A stretch of DNA of 63,771 nucleotides, filler included, from Parasitella parasitica NRRL 2501 (GCA_025201805.1; 10 parts of 9 records of this genome joined end to end with filler, not necessarily neighbours in it); one strand, 5' to 3'; numbered from the whole stretch's first letter, positions 48,898 through 62,500 are shown. Notes: a model not told the origin generated them from the sequence alone. Program-made: numbers and translations.

Positions 48898-50418
48898 TAG
48901 TCATTTAGTATAAATATCTCTTTCAATTGCAAGACTTTAATAAACAAGTAACATTTTTTGATTCTTATATTTTTTTTGCTTATTGGTTTCATTTGACAAG
49001 ACAACATTTGGCGTTAAAATCCTGTGTTGCTTTATTATTTGTAAGTTACATGATGATAACAGAGAGGATCAACTGGATGATGTTTATTAACATAGCTCTA
49101 ATTCATTTCGTAATTTTTAGCTTGTTAATTACATCTGAATCCATAATCTCTCAAGTTAAAAGATTACCACCTGATCAAACCGATCATATCGCGAACAGTT
49201 CTCATATATCCGTTTCAATCATCATGGTATGTATTTGAGTTCATTCTAACAAAGTATTAATCCTTTTGTCAATAACACAATAGAGGCTCTACTCAGTTCA
49301 ATCTTTCATATGAGGTCATGGTATTGCTATGTGCATTAAATTGTTTGTAGCTACTAAATGACTGACTTCTTTTACTGCTATACATATATAGTCAAGAGCT
49401 AAAGATAATACTATGTATAAATCACTTTTTTATATTACGTCGTTTGGGTGTCAATATCAAGGTAGTATTGAATACTTTTTGGCTTGCTTCTTTTGCTTAA
49501 TTGATATACACTAAAACTAGATCTCTTCTATTATTTAGGCACTCTACAGGTATAATTTTGTGCCCAGTATCTGAACATAATATACGATAATATGAGAGGT
49601 TTGCTGTTCATTTTTGCCCTGGATTCTAGAAGTTACTGTCATGAACTACGCCTGTCAAAGTATATCAAGAATTCATGCAGATCGAGATTATGTCAGTGTG
49701 TAGATCACATGTGATTCATGCGTACTCAAGCACTGCATAATCATAAACCATGTAATGTTNNNNNNNNNNGCAGGTCCCATGTGTTTATGTAACGGAACTG
49801 CATCTAGTTCCCATGTAATTATTAGTAATCGTGTTTCATATCGAAAGATATAAATACGATTCACTTTCATAACTCTTTCCTTTCCTTGTCAATTATCCTA
49901 AGTCTATTATCAATATCAAGTCTTTTTTTATAATAAACACTCACAGAATCAATTATCTTGCCAAGCTCACAGTTCCTGACAGTTACAGTATGAAGCTAAA
50001 CCTTGCTACTTTTTTTCAAGATGCTGCCTCCTTGCTTCTTTTTTCGAGTATTTTATATGATGTTGTAGTTGTTTAGGATACAGATCAAATCTTAGCGGTA
50101 ATGTATTATACTCTGTATAATACATCATAAAGCGAGCATGAGTAGAAATGCGTAGTAGAATGGAATGACTTTATTTAGACATGGCAAAGAGACATAAGTG
50201 GTAACNNNNNNNNNNGCACATTTTTTCAAGCCTTTTGAGCGTAATTTTAAGCCTATAAAACTAGTAATTTATGTGCTCATTTAAGCATAAAAATGTGATC
50301 ATTTAAGATGTTTCAATTTTTGTTCTCGCATGAGCACATTTATCGCCTTAACCTAGCTCGATAAGCACTTTTTTTGGCACATATATATTCTCATGATAAC
50401 ATCGGCGAGGCCATAGTG
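48898..50418 (-). mobile_element. Non-autonomous CACTA-type element (copy inverted relative to 57706-59530) carrying a solo LTR
   Basis: ~49225-50050 is the reverse complement of ~58240-58710; terminus CACTATGGCCTCGCCGATG on the minus strand at 50418. Confidence 0.75.
49637..49981 (+). repeat. Solo LTR with a 5-bp target-site duplication (GTTAC)
   Basis: GTTAC|TGTCATGAAC...CCTGACA|GTTAC; matches 45249-45766 apart from an internal gap. Confidence 0.93.
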
Positions 50419-50669
50419 CAATGCTCGATGAAGAGGTTCTGGTGGCTCTTGGTACTGCGTATAGTACACTTTGGAAATATCATTGGCGATGTGTCATAGA
50501 CACGGAGCCCTGGATTGCTAAACATGGTTCGTCAGGATCATGGCTTACTACTTTTTTCTCTTTCGTCTTTGGCAAGTGTTCAAGCTGGCACCTTGACCTT
50601 GCCTGCACATAGTCTATAGTTTCATTATGAAATTTTAAAAGATACACTTTCATACACAAAAAAAAAAAA
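50419..50669 (+). mobile_element. L1-type LINE extreme 3' remnant with poly(A) tail
   Basis: TLWKYHWRCVID..W matches the ORF2 end seen at about 38790 (SIWRFHW); A-run at about 50658-50669. Confidence 0.6.
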
Positions 50670-50724
50670 GATCTCTGCATTATGACCAAGTTAGACATGA
50701 CATATGCAGTCTTTATATGGATAC

Positions 50725-51828
50725 TGATTTAACAGAAAAGTTCAAGTAGAAATTAATCAGGTAAAGATCCGTTTATTACATTCAAAAATAGAGGGTTTAT
50801 ATACTTTCTATGAACTGAGGGAAGCGATGTGAGGATAAGAGTTTTAGTGATGAGATCCGGGAGATAGGGTAGATTGTATCTATCCCAAATGTCATGTCAT
50901 ATTATTTTATTATCTGATGTTTTACTCTTCAGTATGAGTTTATATTATATTGACATCCGGTTTTAGAATTGATACATCAGATACAACAGCCCCCAACCAG
51001 GATCAAGATATACAATTGTTATGATCCTTAACATTAACATTAAAGAGCACAGATAGTTTAAATTACCGTGTATTTGTTTCATTATGTAAGATGCAGAAGT
51101 CTGTCGTTAAAAATCTTAAAACCCTTCTTCAGCATAGGATAAAAATAACATAGGCAAAAAGACTAGGTTACTACATCTCACAATTTCAGCCTTTATGACC
51201 GGTTTTTCTGACTACCACCACGCTTTTTTCGTTCTTTGCGAGTAGCAGCTGCTTTTAGATTAACTGTTTTTGGAGCTAATCGACGTTTACCAATAGCTTG
51301 AGCACCATCTCGTCTACCCCAGTATAATTCAATATGTTTGGTAGAATCGAAACTTTCAACAGGCTCCCAAGTATGTTCAATCGGATCATCGTATCCTTTC
51401 CAGTGCACCTTGTATAAGTAGTTACCGGGAGTACCTTTATGATCAAGAACAGCTTGAATTTCATAATGTTCATTACAAAAGACATCAGCCGTCGTAGGTT
51501 TAGGATTCACAGCAGCATTATAAACAATTTGGTGAGTGGGGACATCTCGACTGAGTAAAGCGCCTGTCTTATCCATTAAAGTATAAGCACCATTATCAGT
51601 TACATTGTGGATTAAATAGGGTCCCTCATACCGTTCATCTAATTTGTTTTGACGATGCACATTTTTGATCATCACTTTACTTCCAATAGGATATGGAGTT
51701 GTAACAATCTTATGCTTCTTTGCAAATTTAGCATGATCAGCTTTCTGAGTTTCCACTATACGTTTGGAAATAGCAGGGATGAGGACATCTTGAACAAATT
51801 GGTAACGTTCATTGATAATCTTTTCATC
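50725..51828 (-). mobile_element. Chromovirus 3' end: integrase C-terminus plus chromodomain (ORF 51193-51756) and probable 3' LTR (about 50725-50988)
   Basis: KLDERYEGPY (GPY/F), YEIQAVLDH...YKVHWKGY...TWEP chromodomain; G-rich PPT-like tract followed by TGTTG...ATCA. Confidence 0.85.
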
Positions 51829-51928
51829 NNNNNNNNNNNNNNNNNNNNNNNNNNNNNNNNNNNNNNNNNNNNTTAATTAATTAANNNNNNNNNNNNNNNN
51901 NNNNNNNNNNNNNNNNNNNNNNNNNNNN

Positions 51929-52307
51929 GTCTTCTTCAACATCTTGAACAACACTTTGGTTAGAAACAGGTATTTCTTCGTCACTTTTTACTTTCAGATG
52001 AACATTTGTATGATCGTGCGAGAATAAATAAACTTTTACTCAAAACAGATGTGATCTTTGAAATACGATACTTCAACGAATATTTGGTAGCAAATGTTAC
52101 TACTACCAGCACAAAAAAAAACCGAAATGTCTCAGAAATAATATTATATCATTAAAAATGAGCTATCTCAACTTTTTTTTTTATAAACGCACATTCTGTG
52201 GCAAAATTATTTAAGTTCTCACAAGCACATGAATACTCCCATGACCCTAATAATGTTCCCATTTGAGCACATTTATGTTCACCGAGAACATCCAGGAGGC
52301 CATAGTG
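51929..52307 (+). mobile_element. Right end of the non-autonomous CACTA-type element
   Basis: Near-identical to 59156-59530; ends GAACATCCAGGAGGCCATAGTG. Confidence 0.8.
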
Positions 52308-52674
52308 ATATGGAACGATAGATTGTATATACTGTCCATGAACATGTCATGTTGAGTTATAAATAAGGAACATGATCCATTGGGATATGTTCCTGAATTG
52401 TGTTCAGGATTGAGTTTACTTGAGTTTGACTTCCGGTTGATGGTGTTATGTCAAAAGTTTGATAAAATAAATCTGCCAAAGAATTACACCTTTATTCATA
52501 ATACGTCTCTCGATGTATTATATACACATTCATTATTACACTAGGGTTCTACTGTCTAGCTGCATAATGTAAATCATGACTACCCATGATTTACTGTAAG
52601 ACCCTGAGACTGATGTGAGATCCTGATGTGAGACCTTGCCATGTTATTGATAAAACAGATGGGAAATTGACACA

Positions 52675-53160
52675 TCACGTAGGTCTGATCCCGGCGTTTC
52701 CTGGAAAGACATTCGTTTCAGAGTCAGGTATGGTCAAATGAGAGGCATCAGCAGAAGAGGTTGTAGCCGGCTGCGACAAGGAATCAAAGAGCTTAGTAGC
52801 ATCAAAGCCTTTGAGAAGAGTGTTGACTGTATTTGCCCCTTTGATCTTGCGAACAGCAGTTGGCTTCATTTTGATGAATTGCTCAACAATTACATCAGGG
52901 ATTGCATGACTATCAGTACTATTTTTAGTGTTAACAGACTTAAGAAAGATAGTGAGACCGAGGTGAGGATTACGGAGTTGAACCGCAGCTTGAAGCATAC
53001 GTTTTAGTGAATAGCCTTAGCTTTATCGTTGAGCTGTAGCTCATTAAGTGATTCAAGCAGCTTGGTGGGGTAACCTAAATTTGTAACAGCAACAGGGTTG
53101 AAGTCAGCGATAGGGTGGATGATGTATACGCACTGCTACATCTGCACTATATCAATTCCT
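52675..53160 (-). pseudogene. Degraded retrotransposon gag-like fragment
   Basis: ORF with upstream in-frame stops, ending FPGNAG like gag/pol junctions. Family assignment is weak. Confidence 0.3.
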
Positions 53161-55000
53161 ACAAGTACTACGCTTGCTGATTTACTGCAAATATATTATA
53201 TGATTGTATCAGATACGAANNNNNNNNNNNNNNNNNNNNNNNNNNNNNNNNNNNNNNNNNNNNNNNNNNNNNNNNNNNNNNNNNNNNNNNNNNNNNNNNN
53301 NNNNNNNNNNNNNNNNNNNNNNNNNNNNNNNNNNNNNNNNNNNNNNNNNNNNNNNNNNNNNNNNNNNNNNNNNNNNNNNNNNNNNNNNNNNNNNNNNNNN
53401 NNNNNNNNNNNNNNNNNNNNNNNNNNNNNNNNNNNNNNNNNNNNNNNNNNNNNNNNNNNNNNNNNNNNNNNNNNNNNNNNNNNNNNNNNNNNNNNNNNNN
53501 NNNNNNNNNNNNNNNNNNNNNNNNNNNNNNNNNNNNNNNNNNNNNNNNNNNNNNNNNNNNNNNNNNNNNNNNNNNNNNNNNNNNNNNNNNNNNNNNNNNN
53601 NNNNNNNNNNNNNNNNNNNNNNNNNNNNNNNNNNNNNNNNNNNNNNNNNNNNNNNNNNNNNNNNNNNNNNNNNNNNNNNNNNNNNNNNNNNNNNNNNNNN
53701 NNNNNNNNNNNNNNNNNNNNNNNNNNNNNNNNNNNNNNGAACAAACTATTTGATATGTTACATCAGCTCATATTCTTGGATCAATCTCAACAATGAAACA
53801 TATCAAACCAATTGACAATGATAACACGGTGTATTTTCTATTCGTTCATCAACAGTGACAACATACTATCACATCAATCTATTGGTTATTACAGCTACCA
53901 TCTCAGTTGTAGTAAATAATTGAAGATATAAATACCCTGTATTTATATCATAATAAACGATATTGTTGTATCCATATAAAGGCTACATATGTCATATCTA
54001 ACTTAGTCATAATGCACGGATCATGATATTAATTCTTGGTAATTCTTTTACAAATAAGGAATAAGCTACAAGTTGTAATTGGACCTCTTGCAAGGTTCCA
54101 GGCTTATTCAAAGAATACATCTAGATCAGATCGCGGGATGTCGGGAAGACATCCTACCCAATCTTCTCTTTAATGTAAAATAGAAAGATAGGTCTGTCCT
54201 AGAAATGCTGTGATTTAATAAGGTTTGACACTTCTTGTCAAACATTAGATGTTATGTGGATAAACATTGATTGGGATATATCTTAGTATAAATAGAGATC
54301 ATATCTTGTGTCAATAAAAGTCTTCAGTTTTGTATCTGGTTTTATTCAGAAAGTCTTTATTACTTTATACAAATCATATTTACATAACATTACGCTGCGC
54401 CCTTTGACACTGGCACAACAGATATACTTCTTTTATTGTTCGGATACAGTTGAAAGCTGTGAATTATTACAAGTCTCTTTTTATTGTATTGAAACATCTG
54501 AAATATACATCAGTGGATACCCTCTGTAGCAAAGATGTTCAGAAAGTCTTGTGCATATCCAGTGTGTACCAAAAGGGATACAATGTTTTTGGCGAGACGC
54601 TGGATAGCGTAGATCCTGTTGAGATTAATTTCGAGAATTCTCAGTTTTTCTCGCAATTCTGTATGTTTGGTCTTGCGATTAATTGGCAAGTAAATGCTGT
54701 TATGCGCAGAGGATATATAAATATGATCTGCTCAAAAAAAATGTATAACTTTATAAAAATAAAATCAGACACAAAAACTAATGACTTTATTGATAAGAAA
54801 ATGCCATCTTTTTATACTAGATTATATCTCTTGTAACACTATTTGTCATCATGGTTAAACATTGAACTTGGTATGTAATACCAAGTTTATTACATGTTCT
54901 NNNNNNNNNNNNNNNNNNNNNNNNNNNNNNNNNNNNNNNNNNNNTTAATTAATTAANNNNNNNNNNNNNNNNNNNNNNNNNNNNNNNNNNNNNNNNNNNN

Positions 55001-55266
55001 ACATTTTTTTGAGTGTACGAGCACATTTTCGCTTCATGAGCACATTTTTTCAAGCATTTTGAGCGTAATTTCAAGCCTATGAAACTAGTAATTTATGTGC
55101 TCATTTGAGCATAAAAATGTGATCATTTAAGGTGTTTCAATTTTTGTTCTCGCATGAGCACATTTATCGCCTTAACCTAGCTCGATAAGCACTTTTTTTG
55201 GCTCTAAAAAATGTTCCCGTTCATGCACATCTATATTCTTATGAGAACATCGGCGAGGCCATAGTG
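55001..55266 (-). mobile_element. Left end of the non-autonomous CACTA-type element
   Basis: Matches 50217-50418 and the reverse complement of 57706-57905; repeated GAGCACATTT subterminal motifs; CACTATGGCC terminus. Confidence 0.8.
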
Positions 55267-55269
55267 ATA

Positions 55270-56965
55270 CACCTTTTCTCAAAATGATGTCGCACAATAA
55301 AAATTTAAGTTGTCGCACTTTTTTGAAAAAAGATGACGTATTTCCGAGAAAAAAAGTGTCGCACTTTCAAGAAAAAATATGTCGCACTTTTCAGAAAAAA
55401 GATGTCGCATTTTTAGGGGAAAAAGATGTCGCCTAAATTTCAGTACTTTTTTTTCTTGAAGTACATTTACAATGAGCTATTCATTTTATTTTGAGGATGG
55501 ACAAGGAAATGTCATGGATGAGGATGGAAATGACCCAATGGATATCACTGGGAATGATGATCCGTACAAGTTAGAGGAAATTGCATCCTATAGCGATTAT
55601 ATCGAGGCTAGAGAGAAAGGGATGATGGAAGTTGATCAGGATTCAACCTTTTTGGAACACAAAGCTACCAAAAATAAAAAAACTGATTCCAAAGAGGCAA
55701 AAAATAACATTATCAAGAACAAACGAGTCAGTAATGAAGTTAAGGCACATGCCGTTCACTTGGTTGATATACACCCAAAGAATAGCGCTAGAGCAGTCGC
55801 TCTGAATTTGGGCTTAGAACCAAGAAGTTTACAACGGTGGTATAGTACCTGGAAGAAAGACCCAGACTCTTTGTTCAAAATTATTGGCCGACCAAGAATT
55901 ATTGAAGCAGAAGGTGAATTGGCAGAAGCAACGAGGAACGCTGTTACAGAGTTTTATTACCAGCAGCCAACCGCCACAGCTGACCAGCTACTTGATCGAT
56001 TGACTAGTAATTTTGAGGGTTTATCGCTTTCGAAACCCACACTGTATCGTTATTTGAATGATCTTTGGATTTCAAGTTTGAAGAAAGTGCAACTGGAGCC
56101 TTTAGAGCGAAAAACTCCAAAGAGGATTCAGGCGAGAAAGAAATGGGTGGAGGAGATGAAGAATATGGGCGTAGACTACATGAGTAACTGTGTCTTTATT
56201 GATGAGGCAGGATTTATTAATGCAAATTTGAGAAGAACTCAGGGATGGGCCCCGAAGGGAGGGCCAGCTATTGTGAAGGTACTTACGGCAAGAGCAAACT
56301 CGATTTCAATCTTGGGTGCTATATCAAGTAAAGGCTTGATCAAGGTTTGTTTGAGAAAGCCTATACCCCCTTCCAAAAAACGAAAGCTAGCAGGAGGGGC
56401 TAAAGCACAAACAAAAGGAACCATAACTAACCATTACCTGAGGTTCATTGATGATATTCTCGAAGAGATGGATAAATATCCTGAAATGAAGGGCCACTAC
56501 TTGTTGATGGACAATGCTCCCATCCACACATCTAAGTTGATTAGAGTTGCTATTGAGTCTCGTGGGTATAAATGTATCTATTTACCACCCTACTCTCCTG
56601 AGCTAAATCCAATCGAACAATTTTGGTCAGTTGTCAAGAGTGGTGTTAAAAGGGAGTTTATTCTCAAGAAAGACACGCTTCCTGCTAAGATTGGCGATGC
56701 TTGCAGCGGTGTATTGCCATCATCCTTCGAAGGCTTCGCTCGTTATTCTGTGAGACGTTTTGATGACTGTTTGAATTGTCTTCCTATTTAATAAAAATGC
56801 GATGCGCCATCTTTTTCCCTGAAAATGCGACATCTTTTTTCTGAAAAGTGCGACATATTTTTTCTTGAAAGTGCGACACTTTTTTTCTCGGAAATACGTC
56901 ATCTTTTTTCAAAAAAGTGCGACAACTTAAATTTTTATTGTGCGACATCATTTTGAGAAAAGGTG
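55270..56965 (+). mobile_element. Complete Tc1/IS630-like DNA transposon (1696 bp) with TA target duplication and TIRs of about 163 bp
   Basis: TA|CACCTTTTCTC...GAGAAAAGGTG|TA; TIRs at 55270-55432 and 56804-56965 are nearly identical. Confidence 0.96.
55472..56791 (+). CDS. DD34E transposase (439 aa, intact)
   Basis: HTH region plus GRPR, VFIDEAGF, LMDNAPIH, and 34 residues to the E in LPPYSPELNPIE. Confidence 0.95.
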   Translation: MSYSFYFEDGQGNVMDEDGNDPMDITGNDDPYKLEEIASYSDYIEAREKGMMEVDQDSTFLEHKATKNKKTDSKEAKNNIIKNKRVSNEVKAHAVHLVDIHPKNSARAVALNLGLEPRSLQRWYSTWKKDPDSLFKIIGRPRIIEAEGELAEATRNAVTEFYYQQPTATADQLLDRLTSNFEGLSLSKPTLYRYLNDLWISSLKKVQLEPLERKTPKRIQARKKWVEEMKNMGVDYMSNCVFIDEAGFINANLRRTQGWAPKGGPAIVKVLTARANSISILGAISSKGLIKVCLRKPIPPSKKRKLAGGAKAQTKGTITNHYLRFIDDILEEMDKYPEMKGHYLLMDNAPIHTSKLIRVAIESRGYKCIYLPPYSPELNPIEQFWSVVKSGVKREFILKKDTLPAKIGDACSGVLPSSFEGFARYSVRRFDDCLNCLPI

Positions 56966-57705
56966 TACCAATATTATAATTCTTTTTGGATATTGTGCAC
57001 AAACATGCATATTGGCACACACACAGGCTTTTCAAATATTAAGCACGAGTAAGCAAAATATTATAACCATATAGACATATTATGTGAAAATCAAATATCA
57101 GCTTAACAGTAAGCACATGTACTGTTTGTATATTATGCTGCACATTGTGCATATAAATGTATTTTTAACCATATTCACTGTGCAAAATATCTAAGGCTTT
57201 AGTGGTATGCTCACTTCGTAGTAATGTGCATACTATCTCGGCCTTAGTGGTTGCAAATACCGAGAGAGCTGCTTCAACCTGCAAGGCAAGAACAATCATA
57301 GTTACAAGGACATTTTTCTGTTTTTTCAATACATAGCATTTAGTCATTACATAGTCCTTTGTCAATTCGTAATGTTTTGTGACTTCATAAAAAAAAAACT
57401 AGTTCTTACATTATATAACAGGCCATGGAAGCAATTGGAAATGGAAAATTGTCACGTTTACATACCAACACGTCTACGCGTCCTAGTACTAATTTTCGTT
57501 GCTTCTTCACATTAAAATTTTTATTAGCAACACTTGGTTGTTGTGATGCAATTACCTTGTTTACCCGCACATAACGTATATGAATATTTGTATGACAAGA
57601 TACTTNNNNNNNNNNNNNNNNNNNNNNNNNNNNNNNNNNNNNNNNNNNNTTAATTAATTAANNNNNNNNNNNNNNNNNNNNNNNNNNNNNNNNNNNNNNN
57701 NNNNN

Positions 57706-59530
57706 CCAAAAAAAGTGCTTATCGAGCTAGGTTAAGGCGATAAATGTGCTCATGCGAGAACAAAAATCGAAACATCTTAAATGATCACATTTTTATGCTT
57801 AAATAAGCACATAAATTACTAGTTTCATAGGCTTAAAATTACGCTCGAAAGGCTTGAAAAAATGTGCTCATGAAGCGAAAATGTGCCCGTACACTCAAAA
57901 AAATGTGTTCAAAAAAGTAAAATTTGCGTATAACAATGTAGCTGTAGCTTTTGTTTATTTCTCAATTTTTGTAGTATGGACCAGTAATTTATTATTGCTT
58001 TCATTTCATATCGTTACATACAATATTGTCTTGATTATGTAGCCTTTGGTTGGCACAGGCAATGATGGTAAAACAGTGCAACAAGGTTAGCTATTACCCG
58101 ATTTGAAATTGAAGCAGCCGCTGAGGTATTTGCTATAGACAAGAAAAGTGCATGAGTATAATAAATTTTGTTGACGACAATAACAAATAACCACCTACAT
58201 TAATTGTGAAAAGCGATGATACACTAGATCATATATAATACTCGAAAAAAGAAGCAAGGAGGCAGCATCTTGAAAAAAAGTAGCAAGATTTAGCTTCATA
58301 ACTTCTAGAGTCCAGGGCAAAAATGAGCAACAAACCTCTCATATTATCGTAAATGTTCAGGTATCGGGCGCAAAAATATACCTGTAGCATGCCTAAATAA
58401 TAGAAGAGATCTAGTTTTAGTGTATATTAATAAAGCAAAAGAAGCAAGCCAAAAAGTACTCAAAACTACCTTGACATTGACACCCAAACGACGCATAATG
58501 CAAAAACAATTTTCATACATAGCATCATCTTTAGCTATTACCTATATTCAGCAGTAAAAGTAGTCAGTCATTTTTTAGTTGCTACAAACAATTTAATGCA
58601 CATAGCAATACCATGCTCTCATATGAAAGATTAAACTGAATAGAGCCTCTATATATTATTGACAAAAGGATTAATAGTTTGTTAGAATAAACTCGAATAC
58701 ATACACCATGATAATAGCAGTACATAAAATATGTGGCGTACCATTTCTTCTTACCAAGCTATACTACAAGCTTTTTCTTTATAATGAAAAAGAAGCTACA
58801 TTTTCTTGTGATGAAACTACAGATACGTGAAGATGTTATTACTCTTCTGTATAATGTACTTATATTTGGCACAAATGTACTAACGTTGTATGTTTTTTAA
58901 GTTAAAATACCAGTTCATAAAGTTGTAAAAAGATAGACAAAACAAAAGAAAAAGGCCAAGGAGAGCTAACAAAGAAGCTAAAATATGCATTCGGTCATCA
59001 AATATGCAATGTTTTGGGCTAAGCATGCAGAAAGAAGCCAATGGAAAAATGCCGCTACAAGAGGTCATCTCAACATTTGAAAGCAAACATGTACAAACAA
59101 AATATATACTTTATTCAAGCATATTGCTACTGGTGCTAGCATTATTACCACCAGCGTCTTCTTCAACATCTTGAACAACACTTTGGTTAGAAATAGGTAT
59201 TTCTTCGTCACTTTTTGCTTTCAGATGAACATTTGTATGATCGTGCGAGCATAAATAAACTTTTACTCAAAACAGATGCGATCTTTGGAATGCAATATCT
59301 CAAGGAATATTTGGTAGCAAATGTTACTACCAGCACAAAAAAAACCGAAATGTCTCAGAAATAATATATTATATAATTAAAAATGAGCTATCTCAATTTT
59401 TTTTTATAAACGCACATTCTGTGGTAAAATTATTTAAGTTCTCACAAGCACATAAATACTCCCATGACCCTAATAATGTTCCCATTTGAGCACATTTATG
59501 TTTACCGAGAACATCCAGGAGGCCATAGTG
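57706..59530 (+). mobile_element. Non-autonomous CACTA-type element of about 1.9 kb (left tip in the gap)
   Basis: Left part is the reverse complement of 55001-55200; right end GGCCATAGTG at 59530; no ORF. It abuts repeat sequence matching 1100-1415. Confidence 0.8.
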
Positions 59531-62500
59531 GGGTACTACCTCGGGTAAAGTCTATCTCCTGACTCAAATATATTTAAGTTATCTTGAGTCTGCTGATATG
59601 TAGGTTAGCACAAAGTTAAGATGCTAGTTACGCAGTATTGTCGTACATGTTAAATTGCGAGAGTAGAACATTTATCCACAGTTTAAGTATATAAAGGTTC
59701 ATCTACCTGGCCAGTAGATGAACTGGAGCTTTATACACCTGTCGATTTGATAATAAAACCTATACCTTATCAAGTTGACTTTATTGTTTTTTTTTATTAT
59801 AATTTTTTTCCGTGAATCCATATAACAATTTATACCGATTCCACAGTCTCTCCCAACAAACTGATTAATGCGAATCAAATTGGCTTTGCAGTAAATTTGA
59901 AAGATTTACGAAATAAAAAAAAAATAAAAAAATAAAAGCGATATGAAATTACAATTATAATCAAGTTTGGGGTTCTTTATTATAAAAGTATACTCAGGTT
60001 TTATCTAGAGAAAAACATCTTAGTATTTATAGGACTTGAATTGTTGTATATCAGTTCTCATGAATGAAGCATTGATCCTAGAGTCAATGCGTTAATTTGT
60101 TGTTGTTTAATTTTAGGTTTTAAGGAGAAGCAAAAAATGCTGAATGCTTTCACCATTGATGGAGATTTGCGTAACATTGGTTGGCCGTGTTAGGATGGCT
60201 ATCGTCATACTTTAGTTATTCTGTTAAAGATATCNNNNNNNNNNNNNNNNNNNNNNNNNNNNNNNNNNNNNNNNNNNNNNNNNNNNNNNNNNNNNNNNNN
60301 NNNNNNNNNNNNNNNNNNNNNNNNNNNNNNNNNNNNNNNNNNNNNNNNNNNNNNNNNNNNNNNNNNNNNNNNNNNNNNNNNNNNNNNNNNNNNNNNNNNN
60401 NNNNNNNNNNNNNNNNNNNNNNNNNNNNNNNNNNNNNNNNNNNNNNNNNNNNNNNNNNNNNNNNNNNNNNNNNNNNNNNNNNNNNNNNNNNNNNNNNNNN
60501 NNNNNNNNNNNNNNNNNNNNNNNNNNNNNNNNNNNNNNNNNNNNNNNNNNNNNNNNNNNNNNNNNNNNNNNNNNNNNNNNNNNNNNNNNNNNNNNNNNNN
60601 NNNNNNNNNNNNNNNNNNNNNNNNNNNNNNNNNNNNNNNNNNNNNNNNNNNNNNNNNNNNNNNNNNNNNNNNNNNNNNNNNNNNNNNNNNNNNNNNNNNN
60701 NNNNNNNNNNNNNNNNNNNNNNNNNNNNNNNNNNNNNNNNNAAGATTGTCCAATGATGTGATGTGATACGCTTGTGTAAATTGGAGAATAAAGTCTCTGT
60801 TTCAAATCAAGAAGGTTATTCCTGTAAGTAACACAGATCTGAGCACCAGGATAAAGGTTAATAATGCACTGTCAGATCAAAGACGTCGTGTATGTTTTAA
60901 TATACGAAATAGATATACAATTAAAACTGGATATATTTATTCGTATATAAAAAATAAGATGATTCTTCTCTACACAACATTTGCCTAGACTATTTATACT
61001 TTTCGAGTGCTGACATCGGTTGCATGCTTGTGGAATCGAGGCTTAATAAACTTGCACCAGATAGAACCAATTACTAGCCATGTGCTGCTAGTACAAGTAA
61101 TCGTAAACCAGTTTTTACCAGAAGGAGACAGGAAGGATAGTGGTCTTGAGAAAGAGTATAATCGCCTTGTGGTATAAAGAATTTCTAATGAGTGTAACCA
61201 TGGTATAATACTTTTGCATAATTGTGAGAATACCCAAGTTGGATCTCAGGCACAACATCCACTCAACAACCCACCTCGCTTAGCCTTTACATCCTAAACA
61301 GTGTAGTCTTTGCTGTATAACTCATATCGTACCCTGTCAAGGAGATTGTCACTGTGTATTAGTCCTGTCAATTAGTAATCTAAATAAGTCACCATAAATT
61401 TATTATGTAGCTGTAAAAAGTACAAATAGCAGATGCAATTTCGATCTTAAATGAAGAAGCATGTTTAAGTTTTCGTATCTCGTTAACCTTTGGTTTTTAT
61501 TATCTATTTTTGATCCAACAATTAATTTCTTGAGACACCATGCAATGAAAATTTAGGATGTGCGCAAGTTGCAATGGAAACATATTTCTGAGCTTGAATT
61601 CATCACTGCAAATATAGGCCTTTAGTGGTGAAGCACCTATTTCAATTGAGGAGCAAAATATGAACTCCATAAGCAATATGGTTATGTTTTGATATGAATC
61701 AATAGCCACAATGCTGTAAAATATGACTACAAAAGCTATTTTTATGTACCTTTAAGTTTAGGATAAAATAAATGCCACTTAAACATGACCATCACCTTTT
61801 TCCCCGCTTGAAGGTACTGTATAAGCTATGATTCTTGATATCTTTACAACCTATTAAGTGATAGAGATACAACCTTCAGCCAAAATCTTCTTTTTTTGCA
61901 CTATTCTACAGCATATCCGAGTCTCATGTATCTCTGACCATGTTTCAGATTTTGCTATGTTTAGACCCCAAACCTCATACTCGATTTTCAGTTTTCAACT
62001 TTGGGTCAACCTTCAGGGTCATTTTTAGGTGCGTATTTGGGGCCCAAGCCAAGTATATATCCAAGTACTGCTATGCTAACTGTACCTCACTACATCTTCC
62101 AATTCTCGATATCTATCTTTGCTGTCGAGATATTCCCAAAACCAAATTTTGCAGATTTTGCAGATTTTACAGCATATGGTCCTATAACAAGTACCAAATT
62201 TTGCAATTAAATCACGCTCAAGTTCCTAAGTAAAGTAATACAACACGTTTTGATACACCTACTGGTAATAAGCATGTTGTATTCAAGCTCGAATTCGACA
62301 AGCTTGAGCCAGTTTTGTTTTTTTACGTTAAACTTTGTCCGCCTGTTTCTCAACAAACTACTATAACACTTTGGCTTGAGTGATTATGAAAATCTTTTTG
62401 AAACATGATTCTCTNNNNNNNNNNNNNNNNNNNNNNNNNNNNNNNNNNNNNNNNNNNNTTAATTAATTAANNNNNNNNNNNNNNNNNNNNNNNNNNNNNN

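Noticed and set aside
45249-51828. One full-length Gypsy element running from the LTR at 45249 to the LTR at 49637 or the chromo-integrase at 51193
   Set aside because: An artificial spacer lies between them; the 49637 LTR has its own TSD (solo), and the integrase is on the opposite strand with a different LTR.
21289-56965. Fanzor/TnpB nuclease associated with the Tc1, Helitron or CACTA elements
   Set aside because: I found no RuvC-type motifs with a zinc finger in any listed ORF. The degraded 24800-27200 region would need an HMM search to be excluded fully.
57421-57455. GGCCATGGAA-type terminus also resembling about 27491 and 35493
   Set aside because: The similarity is short and I found no matching inverted partner or TSD.
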